Shown in pieces: positions 49,476 to 61,467 of a DNA stretch of 64,000 bases. The stretch covers positions 205,964,001 through 206,028,000 of the forward strand of contig JBNRSN020000002.1 of NCBI GenBank assembly GCA_051313645.2, given 5' to 3'. The DNA comes from Centroscyllium fabricii. Taxonomy: Eukaryota. Made by a program: the position numbers and the translations under genes. Numbering within the stretch: position 1 is the first letter of the stretch; every line of letters begins with the position of its first letter. The notes under the pieces were generated by a model that did no database searches, was not told the DNA's origin, and saw only the letters and a program-made list of their open reading frames with translations.

Positions 49476-50484
49476 AATCTGGAGGGAGGGCTCAGGGGGA
49501 AATTGCAGTACTGTGGTAACCGTAATTGTATACAGTTTACCACCACAATATTGTTGCCAATATTGCCTGTATATGTAACCATGTTTGCAACACTGTCGTG
49601 GAGCCAGGTCAGCCACACCTCTAATTCCTCACCCAGGTGAGGCCCTTTATAGGTGAGGACTGACCAGGCTCACTCATTCTGTTCCTGGTTGTTCGTTCGG
49701 AGTATAGCTCCAAAGTTAGTCAATAAAAGCCTGTAGTTTAAGGTCACTACTCGTATTGGACTTTATTGAGTAAATTGACGATACGTCAATTTTATTGACT
49801 AAGAAAATTTGAAATGGAGAGCGGTGCAGTAAAGCCAGAGAAGCTGGACACCAGTCCACAGGACCCAGCCGCCGCCACTACGTTCGAACACTGGAGGTGG
49901 TCTCCTGGAGGCCTACATGGACGTCGCCAAGGCTACAACCGACGGGAACAAACTGCAAGTTCTCCGGTCTAGGATCTCCAGCCGAGTATTCTCCCTCATC
50001 CGAGACGCCAAAACCTACCCAGTGGCAGTGGAAAAACTGCGGAAATGCTACGAGCGCCCAGTCCACGCCAGACATGTGCTCGCGACCAGACCACAACTAC
50101 CGGGTGAGTCAAATGAACAATTCGAACAAGCACTCCAGGCCCTGGTACGGGTCTGTGGCTGCCAACCACGGACAGCAGAGGAGGAGGCGAATCTCCTCGT
50201 CCGTGATGCCTACGTAACAGGCCTGAGGTGCGTTGAAGCCCGCCAGCGGCTGCTTGAGAAAGACTCTTTGACCTTAGAGGAGGCGATCTCCATATCAAAC
50301 TCGGTAGAAGGGGCACGCAACAAGCTGCAGGCGTACAGCGGCACAAACCCGCAGGTCTACGACGCGTGGGCCGCGCCACAACGGGCCCAGGCCTGGGCAG
50401 CACCACAACGGGTCGAGACCCCCACGATGGCAGCGACAGCCGCAAAGGCGGACAAACGGTGCTACCTCTGCGGCCAGGGACTGC

Positions 50485-52763
50485 AGAGACAGTGGGAAGA
50501 CAGAAGATTGGGAAGCATTTAAAAGTCAGCAAAAAATAACAAAGAGATTAATTAAGAAGGGGAAAATAGATTATGAAAGTAAATTAGCGAAAAATATAAA
50601 AACTAATAGCAAGAGTTTTTATAGTTATATAAAAAGAAAAAGGGTGGCTAAGGTGAATGTTGGCCCATTGGAGGGTGAGACTGGGAATTTGTTGGTGGGG
50701 AACATGGAGATGGCAAAAGCATTAAACGAATATTTTGTATCAGTCTTTACTGTAGAAGACATAAAAAATATTCTAACGCTGGATAAACAGGGGGCTGTAG
50801 GAATGGAGGAGCTAAGCACTATTAAGATCACTAAGGAGATGGTATTAGGTAAATTAATGGGACTTAAGGCGGATAAATCCCCTGGGCCTGATGGATTACA
50901 TCCTAGGGTCTTGAGAGAAATAGCGGTGGGGATTGTAGATGCATTGGTGATAATTTTCCAAAACTCCCTGGAGTCAGGAAGGGATTGGAAGGTGGATTGG
51001 AAAATGGCTAATGTAACACCTATATTTAAAAAGGGAAGCAAACAGAAGGCTGGTAACTATAGACCGGTTAGTCTAACATCTGTGGTGGGTAAAATGTTGG
51101 AGACCATTATTAAAGAAACACTGACGGGGCATTTGGATAAACATAACTTAATCGGACAGAGTCAGCATGGTTTTACGAAGGGGAAGTCATGTTTGACTAA
51201 TTTGCTCGAATTCTTTGAGGAAGTAACATCTCGGGTGGATAAAGGGGAACTGGTGGATGTGGTATACTTGGACTTCCAAAAGGCTTTTGACAAGGTGCCA
51301 CATTAGAGACTATTGCTTAAAATAAAAAATTACGGGATTGGGGGTAATATATTAGCATGGGTAGAGGATTGGCTTTCAAACAGGAAGCAGAGAGTTGGGA
51401 TAAATGGTTCATACTCGGGATGGCAATCGGTGACTAGTGGTGTTCCGCAGGGGTCGGTGCTGGGACCCCAGCTGTTTACAATCTATATAAATGATTTGGA
51501 GGAGGGGACCAAGTGTAATATATCAAAGTTCGCAGATGACACAAAAATGGGAGGAAAAGCAGGGAGTGAGGAGGACAGAAAAAGCCTGCAAAAGGACATA
51601 GATAAGCTAGGTGAGTGGGCAGCGATTTGGCAGATGAAATTTAATACTGGTAAATGAAGTTATACATTTTGGGGAAAAAAATCATAGAGCAAGCTATTTT
51701 CTAAATGGGGAGGAGCTGCGTGGTAATACAACGCAAAGGGACCTGGGGGTATTAGTGCATGAATCACAAAAAGTTAGTATGCAGGTGCAACAAGTGATTA
51801 GGAAGGCCAATGGAGTCTTAGCCTTTATTGCTAGGGGGATAGAGTATAAAAGCAGGGAGGTTTTGCTGCAGCTGTACACAGTATTGGTGAGACCGCATTT
51901 GGAATACTGTGTGCAGTTTTGGTGTCCATACTTAAGAAAGGATGTACTTGCTCTGGAGGCAGTGCAAAGAAGGTTTACACGGTTAATTCCAGGGATGAGG
52001 GGGTTGACATATGAGGAAAGGTTAAGTAGGTTGGGACTTTACTCATTAGAGTTCAGAAGAATGAGAGGCGATCTTATTGAAACGTATAAGATCGTGAGGG
52101 GCCTTGATCAGGTGGATGCGCTAAAGATGTTTCCAATGATCGGGGAGACCAGAACTAGGGGGCATAGTCTTAAAATAAGGGGGGGCTCTTTTAAAACTGA
52201 GATGAGGAGAAACTTCTTCACTCAGAGGGTGGTTAATCTATGGAATTCGCTGCCTCAGGGAGCTGTGGAAGCAGGAACATTAAATAAATTTAAAACGGAA
52301 ATAGACTGTTTTTTAGCAGACAAGGTAATTAAGGGTTACGGGGAGCAGGCAGGGAAGTGGACCTGAGCTATTGTTAGTATAGTAGGACCTGAGCGATCTC
52401 CTGGACAAGTTTCGATCGCCTAGATTGGGGTCGGAGAGGACTTTCCCGGATTTTTTTCCCAAATTGGACCTGGGTTTTAATCTGGTTTTTCGCCTCTCCC
52501 AGGAGATCACATGGTTCTTTGGGTGGGATGAAGGGTGATAGTGGTATGAAGGTTAGGGTAGGATCAGCCATGATCTTGTTGGCTGGCGGGGCGGGCTCGG
52601 GGGGCCGATTGGCCCACTCCTGCTCCTATTTCTTGTGTTCTTATGTTCTTATGTTCTTATGTTCAGCCATGAACGCATTAAATGGCGGTGCAGGCTCGAA
52701 GGACCGAATGGTCTACTCCTGCACCTATTTTCTATGTTTCTATGTTTCTATGTTTCTATGTTT
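50485..52763 (+). mobile_element. 5'-truncated CR1 LINE inserted in the first zinc knuckle of A5 gag
   Basis: RT ORF pieces 50644-51306, 51313-51657 and 51755-52366, and two successive 3' tails. The host reads CYLCGQGL|HPRARC across the insertion. Confidence 0.93.
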
Positions 52764-53029
52764 CATCCACGAGCGAGATGCCCAGCGAAGACTGCGACCT
52801 GCGAGAGTTGCTCCAAAAAGGGACACTATGCGAAGGCCTGCAGATCAGCACCAGCAGCGCCCAACTCCAGGTACAACAGTGCAGCCTGTGAAAGCTCCGC
52901 CAGGCCTCAGGTAAGCTGCAATAGCAGCGCGATTAAGCGACGGTCCGGGGGTAGAAGAAAAGCGCCCCCATCTCCCACCCTGATGCGGCAAAGGCCGGCT
53001 GCACCCACAGCACGCCAAGCTCAGCCACG

Positions 53030-53385
53030 GCCGGCCATGCACGACCCCCCCAATGCCAGCAGCACACCCAGCGCGGCCCGCTGCGTGCGAACCACGGGCA
53101 CCGCCAACCCAACCACCGCGGCTCGCTGCGTGCGAACCACGGGCACCGCCAACCCAGCCACCGTGGCCCGCTGCGTGCGAACCATGGGCGCCGCCAGTGT
53201 GCTCACAGCGGTCAGCCGCGTGCGAACCATGGGCACCGCAATCTTGTCTCCAGCAGACCACCATGTGCGACCCCTCGGCGCCGCCATCTTGTCTCCAGCG
53301 GCCCGCCATGTGCGACCTCCGGCGCCGCCATCTTGTCTCCAGCGCCCCACCATGTGCAAACCACGGGCGCCGCCATCTTGTGTAC
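53030..53385 (+). repeat. ~39-44-bp GC-rich tandem repeat between gag and protease
   Basis: Units contain TGCGTGCGAACCACGGGCACCGCC and CGCCGCCATCTTG. Confidence 0.85.
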
Positions 53386-54307
53386 AGCCCCAACCAGCAG
53401 GGGGCCCCCACACACAGATGCACACTTCGGCCTCAGCCATACCTAAAGTCGACCAGTCTAGGCCACACACTCTATCGAACTCGATCATGCCGATCAAAAT
53501 TAACGGCCATGTTACTAATTGCCTGTTCGACACTGGAAGCACAGAGAGCTTCATCCACCCCGATACAGCGCAGCGCTACGGACTGCAGATCCTGCCCACG
53601 CACTACCAACTCTCCCTTGCTTCACAGTCCCACACCGCGGACGTCACCGGCTACTGCTCCGTCATGCTCACAGTCAAGGGTTGTGTGTACCGTAAATTTA
53701 AGTTGTACACCCTCAAGCAGTTGTGTGCCCCAGCCTTACTAGGTCTGGATTTCCAGTGCCACCTCAAGAGCGTGACAATGGAGTTCGGCGGGACCTTGCC
53801 CCCCCTCACCGTCAGTAGCCGGGACAGTCCCTTCCCAAAGCGGAGCCCGGCCTGCGGCCTCTCCACCCTGAAAATCGACCCCCCCTCACTGTTCGCCAAC
53901 CTCGACCCCAACTGCAAGCCTATTGCTACAAAGAGTCGGCGGTACAGTGTGGGGGATCGCACGTTTATCAGGTCGGAGGTCAGGCGTATGCTGAAGGAGG
54001 GGATAATTGAAGCCAGCACCAGCCCCTGGCGGGCCCAGGTAGTAGTGGTGAAGACTGGCGAGAAACAGCGGCTGGTTATCGACTACAGCCAGACTTTTAA
54101 CCGCTACACAGGGCTCGACGCCTACCCCCTCCCCCGCATCTCGGACATGGTCAACCAGATCGCCCAATATAAGGTGTTCTCCACGATCGACCTTAAGTCG
54201 GCGTATCACCAACTCCCGATCCGGAAAGCAGACCGCCCGTACACCGCCTTCGAGGCGAACGGTCGGCTCTACCACTACCTCCGGGTCCCCTTCGGCGTGA
54301 CCAACGG

Positions 54308-55321
54308 TGTAACGGTTTGGTGTATTCGGAATGAAGGCGGGGCCCATATGCAGAGGCACTGAAACGTCTATAAAACTAAACTCCTTTATTACTAAAACAT
54401 CATATTATACCATAAACCTACAATTATCTAAGACACAAATACAATTATATAAGACACATATTTAACACAAGTCTTATCAACAGACTGGCACAGACTTCCC
54501 AACATAGCGAGTAATGAATAGAGGGGTGCCACGCAATCCAGCGCGCCATTCTCCCAAAGAATACTAGTCCAGGCATAACTGTCCAACTTAAAGAGAACCG
54601 AGCAAGTCCTCCTCAGCGAGCATGACATCTCAATCCACCCTCTACGTAGAGGATTTGGGAACAGCTTATGCTTCCAGATCACCAATGTCCAAACCAGGGT
54701 TCGGATGAAGAAATGAATGTCCAAGTAGTAGAAATGGGTCCGACCTACTTCTTCTGCTCCGTCACAGAGACTTAACCCCATGGCATCAGGCAGTAGCGCA
54801 CCAGATCTACTGGCAGGGGGACTCCCTTACCCAACAGATGAGTTGTCCATTGCTGAGTTCCCAATAGCAGGGCGCACTGTCAAGGCGGAGGGAAATGAGT
54901 TCCACCCCAATGCCCCTGTTGGGCAACCCAGCCTGAGCACCTGAAATAGCAGAATGCAAGTACAAGCTGAGTCAGTCGATCTCCAACCTCCTTGCCTCTG
55001 ACGGCTACTCAGCACAACAGCAGAAAACCACCTCCTTCCAGTGGCCTGTAGAATGAAAATAGATATCCAGTCCCATGACGCATTACTATGCAATGATCCC
55101 GCACCTGCTCTCAGCCAACCTCCAGATTATATACTAAACCCAGCAAGTACTCCATTTGGTGGTAGCCAATAATCTCGAGGCAATGAGAGCAGAGCACAAC
55201 TAGCACATACACCAATAATAGAACAGTTAATTACATAACAAGGGAACCTATTCCTTAAAACAGCTGTGGAGCAACAGCAAAAACTGTTTCTAATATTTAA
55301 AGGAACAGGCACCCTGTGACG
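54308..55321 (-). mobile_element. Solo LTR (~1.0 kb) inserted in the RT of A5
   Basis: 5-bp TSD AACGG (54303-54307 and 55322-55326), termini TGTAAC / GTGACG, AATAAA on the minus strand near 54385. Confidence 0.75.
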
Positions 55322-57864
55322 AACGGAGTGTCGGTATTCCAGTGGGAGATGGACCGCATGGTTGACCAGAACGGGTTGCGGGCCACCTTCCCTTACCTGG
55401 ATAACGTGACCACCTGCGGCCATGACCAGCAGGACCACGATGCCAATCTGGCCAAATTCCTTGACACGGCGGAAAAGCTGGACCTTGCGTATAACAAGGA
55501 CAAATGTGTCTTTAATACAGACCGGCTCGCCATCCTCGGATACGTGGTGGAGAATGGGGTCCTCGGCCCCGACCCACAGCGTATGCGCCCCTTACAAGAA
55601 CTGCCCCTACCTCACAACCCCAAAGCCTTGAGGAGATGCCTAGGATTTTTCTCCTACTAAGCACAATGGGTCCCACAGTTCGCGGACAAGGCTAGACCAC
55701 TCCTCAAGGCTGCCGTCTTCCCCCTCTTGGTAGAAGCCCAAACGGCATTCGCCCGGATATAGGAAGACATTATCAAGGCGACCATGCACGCCGTTGATGA
55801 ATCCATCCCTTTCCAGGTGGAGAGTGACGCTTCAGACTTTGCCCTTGTCGCCACCCTGAATCAGGCAGGCAGGCCCATAGCGTTTGTCTCCCACACATTA
55901 CAGGGACCCGAAATTCGCGACACTGCAGTGGAAAAGGAGGCCCAGGCCATCGTGGAGGCCGTGCGCTACTGGCGTCATTACCTGGCCGGTAAGCGTTTTA
56001 CCCTTCTCACCGACCAACGGTCGGTGGCGTTTATGTTTAATAATAAACAAAAGGGTAAGATCAAGAATGATAAGATCCTGCGGTGGCGGATCGAGCTCTC
56101 GACTTACGAGTACGACATTCTTTACCGACCAGGTAAACTCAATGAACCCCCGGACGCACTGTCCAGGGGAACATGCGCCAGTGCCCAGCTAGACCGGCTG
56201 AAGGATCTCCACGATCGTCTCTGTCACCCGGGTGTCACCAGACTCGCCCACTTCGTTAGATCCCGTAGCCTCCCCTACTCCATCACGGAGATCAAGGCTA
56301 TGACCCGAGAGTGCCCTGTTTGCGCCGAGTGCAAACCCCAATTTTTCCGGCCAGACACGGCGCAGCTCATTTAGGCCACCCACCCCTTTGAATGTCTAAG
56401 CGTGGACTTCAAAGGCCCCCTCCCCACCACCGACCGCAACTCATACTTCCTCATGGTCGTAGATGAGTTCTCCCGCTTCCCCTTCGCCTTCCCCTGCCCA
56501 GATATGATGAGCGCAACGGTGATAAAACACTTCACCACGCTGTTCGCCATCTTCGGTCTCCCCAGCTACATTCATAGCAACCGGGGGTCATCGTTCATGA
56601 GCGATGAACTGCGTCAGTTTCTGCTCCAGAAAGGGGTTGCCTCGAGCAGAACGACCAGTTATAACCCCCGGGGGAACGGCCAGGTAGAAAGGGAGAATGG
56701 GATCATCTGGAAGGCAGTCACCCTGGCTCTGAAGTCCAGAGGCCTTCCAGTGGCCCATTGGCAGGCAGTCCTCCCAGATGCGCTGCATTCGATACGCTCT
56801 CTGTTATGTACGGCCACCAACGCCACCCCTCATGACTTGATGTTTTCCTTCCCCAGGTAGTCGACTTCGGGGACAGCTCTTCCTCCATGGCTCACGACAC
56901 CGGGGCCGGTTTTCCTTAGAAAACACGTCCGTGGCCACAAGACCGACCCCCTGGTGGACAAGGTGCAGCTCCTGCATGCTAATCCACAATACGCCTACGT
57001 GCAGTTCCCGGACGGGCGCGAGGACACCGTCTCCATCAGGGAACTATCGCCCGCCGGGAGCACCACAGCAGAGCAGCCCGCCCAGCCACGGTATTTTGAA
57101 CACCCCCTGCAGCTACAGTGGCCTCCGAGTTATCCAGAGCCCCAGCCGTGGCCAGCCCAAGACCACCATTCCGATGGCTCGGATCAACCGATACCACCAG
57201 CATCTGAAGTTTTGGCACTAGCGCCACTGTCACCACCACCGGACCCGAGAGGGACGGACCATAATGAACTCCTGCCAGAGCCTCGGCGGTCCTCCAGACA
57301 GACGCAACCGGCAGACAAACTTTTAATGAACTGCTCTGTCCATTCACCCCGCCGGACTTAAATTTTCAAGAAGGGGTGAATGTGGTAACCGTAATTTTAT
57401 ATAGTTTACCACCACAATATTGTTGCCAATATTGCCTGTATATGTAACCATGTTTGCTTCACTGTCGTGGAGCCAGGTCAGCCACACCTCTAACTCCACC
57501 CCCAGGTGAGGCCCTTTATAGGTGAGGACTGACCAGGCTCACTCATTCTGTTCCTGGTTGTTCGTTCGGAGTATAGCTCCAAAGTTAGTCAATAAAAGCC
57601 TGTAGTTTAAGGTCACTACTCGTCTTGGACTTTATTGAGTAAATTGACGATACGTCAAGTACAAATAGTAATTCAAAAACAACTGAAAGGGTGGAGAGTA
57701 GAGTAACAGGCAGAAATTGTGTTTTAGTCACTATAGGTAAAGGGAAACTAAAAGATGTAAAGTGATTAAACCAGGAGAGAAATAAGGAACATGAGAGTAA
57801 AGATTAGAGCTGAAGGACTGGCTAGGGTGTATGGCCCAAATAAACATTCTTTATATAAATGCAT

Positions 57865-58958
57865 GGGATGGATTTTGATTCTGGAGGCGTGTATGAGGCA
57901 AGATTACAACTTTTGGGGTTGTAGTCTCGGTTCCATAGAGTTGTGGCCAACCCATGCGATTTCCACTTGATTGACCTTGTTGAGCCCACCCAGCGGGCTC
58001 AGCAGGACAATTAAGGGCCACCTGGCAGCAGGTGACATCACAGATTGAAATTTCATCTGTCAAGACCTTTTGACAGATGACATATCAGCATTCCACAGCT
58101 GTTTGAAGCTGTCAAACACTGACAATCTGTACTCTAAATGAATTCCTTCCTCTCAGGCTGATTTAGAGATCTCTCCGGAACAGAAAGCTGAATGCTGCAA
58201 CTTTTGACAGCTGGCGGCCATTCTGCTTTCTGTGTCAGTGAGATGAGGGACTCCCGAGACCTGAAGGAAGGATGGCTGTAAAGGTGAATAAAGGTTAGTA
58301 GAACTTCTTTAAACACACACCAAACACACTTACCGCTGTACTCATGCACCCATCACTCACCTGCACACTGACATCTCGAACCCTCCAAGCCTTTCAGCCT
58401 GACGGTCTGCCTCCCTAACCTGCTGTGGTTTGGAGCCTTCAGGAATCCCACACTTCAGCAATGACAATAGGGATTAGGCTAAAACTGCCTGTGAACTACC
58501 TGTTAACAGGCAGTTAATTGGCACTGATCCCCTTCCCACCTCGGAGAGGCGGGTCCCACCACAGGTCGGGTATCTGTGATGAACCTTTTAGTGTGGTTCA
58601 CACTGTGCGATTATTGTATATAGTTTGGGTTAATATATCTGTTAATATCTGTACATTTCTGTGGGGACCTGTACCGGCTGACCCCGCCTCTGGGTACTAG
58701 TATAAAGGGTAATGCTCCGCCCACTTGTCTCTCATTCCGGGCAGGCTCATCGGAGACACGGTTCTGTTACTTGTAAATAAAAGCCTTTTGTTATGATCAA
58801 ACTGACGTCTTTAATTTGAGGCTTCACAATATCCACCTCCTTTGAAACTGGCATGGAGGCAGGTTGGGTGCGGGATGGGGTCGGGACCCCCGATTTTGAG
58901 ATTTTAACCCCCCACACACCTCCAATCCTGCCTCCACGGCCCAATGAAAATCCTGCCC
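57865..58958. mobile_element. PIF/Harbinger-like MITE containing a solo LTR
   Basis: TIR GGGATGGATTTT / AAAATCCTGCCC; inverted homolog of 59978-60809; TSD unclear. Confidence 0.75.
58575..58828 (+). mobile_element. Solo LTR (254 bp) resembling the A-lineage LTRs
   Basis: TGTGA..TCACA termini, TATAAA, AATAAAAGCC, TSD GTATC/ATATC. Absent from the sister MITE, which shows the empty site. Confidence 0.85.
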
Positions 58959-59977
58959 AAGGTGTATAAGGAAAAAAGTGAATGAACTGTGGCAAAAAAT
59001 TCAACTTGGAGGGAATGACATGGCAGCCATTACTGAGACACGGCTGCAAGACAGTCAGGACTTGGAACTTAATATAGCAGGTTAGAAGATCCACAGGAAA
59101 GATAGGGAAAATGGCAGAGGGGAATGAAATCACTTCAGTAATAAAAGAGGATATAAAGAGAGGTAATCAGGCAATGGCGACTTTATGGGTAGAATTAAGA
59201 AATAGGAATGGATTTAAGACTGTAGTGGAAGTTGTGTATAGGCCCCCTGTTAGTAGCTGTGAAGTGCCTGATTGTATAAATGCAGTGATTAGACAAAGAT
59301 GTAGTAAAGGCAGAGTGGTTTTATTGTTTTTTTTAACTTCATATGGAGTGGGATAAGCAGAAAGGTAGTGAATTTATTGAGTGTGTCCAGGATAGTTTTC
59401 TACAACAATATGTCCTAGAGGCAACAAGGGGACAAGCCATATTAGATTTAGTAATGAGTAATGAGACAGATTTAGCTAACAGAATAACTGTGCGTAAACA
59501 ATTATCTAACAGAGATCATAACATGGTCAAGTTCAATGCAGTGTTTGAAAGGGAAAAACCTGAAACAGCTTCCAAAATTCTAGATTTAGGTAATGCTGAC
59601 TTCAACGGAATGAGACTGTCCACAGTAAACTGGGCAAATCTGTTAATGGGTAAAACAACAGAAGATCAGTGGGAGATGTTTAAAAAAGAATTTAATGTGA
59701 TACAAAACCAGTTTATACCCTTGAGGGGCAAGAGCTCTATTTGCCACCGGCAGGGTTGATCGCTGTGCTCATTAGGGGCCCTTAATTGCCATGGGTAATC
59801 TCATTTTAAGGGCCCCTCGCGAAATTGAAGCCATTCCCGCCCATACCCAGCCATCCTGAAACTCCGCCGATGAAACCTAGGAGGATCACATTCGGCTTGG
59901 TCACGGATTGGTGACAAAAAATGCATCAGCTAATTAGAATATTTATTTTTTGAGCACTCCGAGGTGGTGAACAGTAT

Positions 59978-60809
59978 GGGCAGGATTTTCATTGGGCCGT
60001 GGAGGCGGGATTGGAGGCATGTGGAGGGTGAAAATCTCGAAATCGGAGGTCTTGAACCCATCCCGCCCCCAACCCGCCTCGATGCCAGTTTCAAAGGAGG
60101 CGGATACCCGACCTGTGCTGGAACCTGCCTCCCTGAGGTGGGAAGGGGATTAGTGTCAATTAACTGCCTGTTAACAGGCAGGTTTTAACCTAATCCCTAT
60201 TTTCAATGCTGAAGTCTGGGATTCCCGATGGCTCCAAACCTCGCCAAGTTAGTGAGGCAGACCGTCGGGCTGAAGGGCTTGGAGGGTTTGAGACATCAGT
60301 GTTCTGGTGAATGATGGGTGCATGAGTGCAGAGGTAAGTGTGTTTGATGTGTGTAAAGTGTTTAAAGAAGTTCTACGAACCTTTACTTACCTTTACAGCC
60401 TTCCTTCCTTCAGGTCTCGGGAGTCCCTCATCTCACCGGCACAGAAAGCAGAATGGCCGCGAGCTGTCAAAAGTTGCAGCATTCAGCTTTCTGTTCCAGA
60501 GAGATCTCTAAATCAGCCTGAGAGAAAGGAATTTACTTGAAGTACAGATTGTCAGTGTTTGACAGCTTCAAACAGCTGTCAAACGCTGATATTTCATCTG
60601 TCAAAAGATCTTGAGAGATAAAATTTCAATCTGTGACATCACCTGTTGCCGGGTTGCCCTTAATTGGCCTGCTGAGCTGGCTGGGCAAGCACAACAAGGT
60701 CAATCAGGTGGAAATCACATGGGTTGGCCACAACCCGATGGAACCGGGACTACAACCCCGAAAGTTGTAGTCCTGCCTCCTAAATGTCTCCAGAATGAAA
60801 ATCCAGCCC
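59978..60809. mobile_element. PIF/Harbinger-like MITE
   Basis: TIR GGGCAGGATTTTCATT / AATGAAAATCCAGCCC, 3-bp TSD TAT. Confidence 0.8.
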
Positions 60810-60993
60810 TATGGGTTATTTGGAGGCAGTGGCTGGGGAGGAGATGATGGCTTCATTCTCCCTAATGTCTAACTGGAAGAAATTGTGACCCATACAACAT
60901 TGGATGTTGGACAGTAATGGAGTGTTTGAGAAAGTTCGAGAGATCGAGCTGGGTGTCTGTGTACATATAGGACAAAATTTGCCCGGAAGTCAT

Positions 60994-61336
60994 CATAGAA
61001 TCATAGAATTCCTACAGTGCAAATAGAGGCCATTTCGACCCATCGAGCCTGCACCGACACATATCCCACCCTATCCCCGTAACCCCACATATTCCCACCC
61101 TATCCCCATAACCCCACATATTTAATCCCCCGAACACTAAGGGTCAATTTATCATGGCCAATCAACCTAACCCGCACATCTTTGGACTGTGGGAGGAAAC
61201 CGGAGCGCCCGGAGGAAACCCACGCAGACACGGGGAGAATGTGCAAACTCCACACAGTCACCCGAGGCTGGATTTGAACGTGGACCCCTGGCGCTGTGAG
61301 GCAACAGTGCTAACCACTATGCCACCGTGCTGCCCA
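60994..61336 (-). mobile_element. HE1-type V-SINE (tRNA head, V domain, CR1 tail)
   Basis: A box TGGCATAGTGG, B box GTTCAAATCC, V domain TGTGGAGTTTGCACATTCTCCCCGTG...GGTTTCCTCCCACA, (ATTCTATG)n tail. Confidence 0.9.
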
Positions 61337-61467
61337 CGGTGTGTGGGGAATTGTCAGGTTTCAGGCGGGTCAGGTTTCCGACCCGAATGTTAAAGTGACT
61401 GGGAGCCCCACGCAATTTTGGCTTAAGTAGCAAATTAATTCCCCGCGTGTGGGAAGCCTTCGCTAAG

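Larger units (their letters stand above)
49814..57361 (+). pseudogene. Interrupted gag-pol of A5
   Basis: gag 49814-50484; knuckle, repeats, PR (LFDTGS) and RT in one frame 52764-54307; RT(YLDN)-RH-IN 55322-57361 with in-frame stops. Confidence 0.92.
49512..57657 (+). mobile_element. Gypsy element A5 (Mag-like lineage), full length, with a nested CR1 and a solo LTR
   Basis: 277-bp LTRs 49512-49788 and 57381-57657, 5-bp TSD AGTAC, gag ATG at 49814, PPT AAGAAGGGGTGAA 57368-57380. Confidence 0.95.
43640..59745 (+). mobile_element. Old CR1 LINE 5' half (5' UTR, ORF1, endonuclease) hosting B2, A5 and a MITE
   Basis: Pieces 43640-43852, 48431-49511, 57658-57864 and 58959-59745 rejoin through TSDs ATAA and AGTAC. 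ORF1 zinc finger and esterase remnants; endonuclease LYINA..AITET..VYRPP..ILDLV..DHN. Confidence 0.8.

Noticed and set aside
52635-54362. 575-aa ORF as a novel fusion gene
   Set aside because: The N-terminus is a translated CR1 tail and the C-terminus runs into a solo LTR; it is an artefact of nesting.
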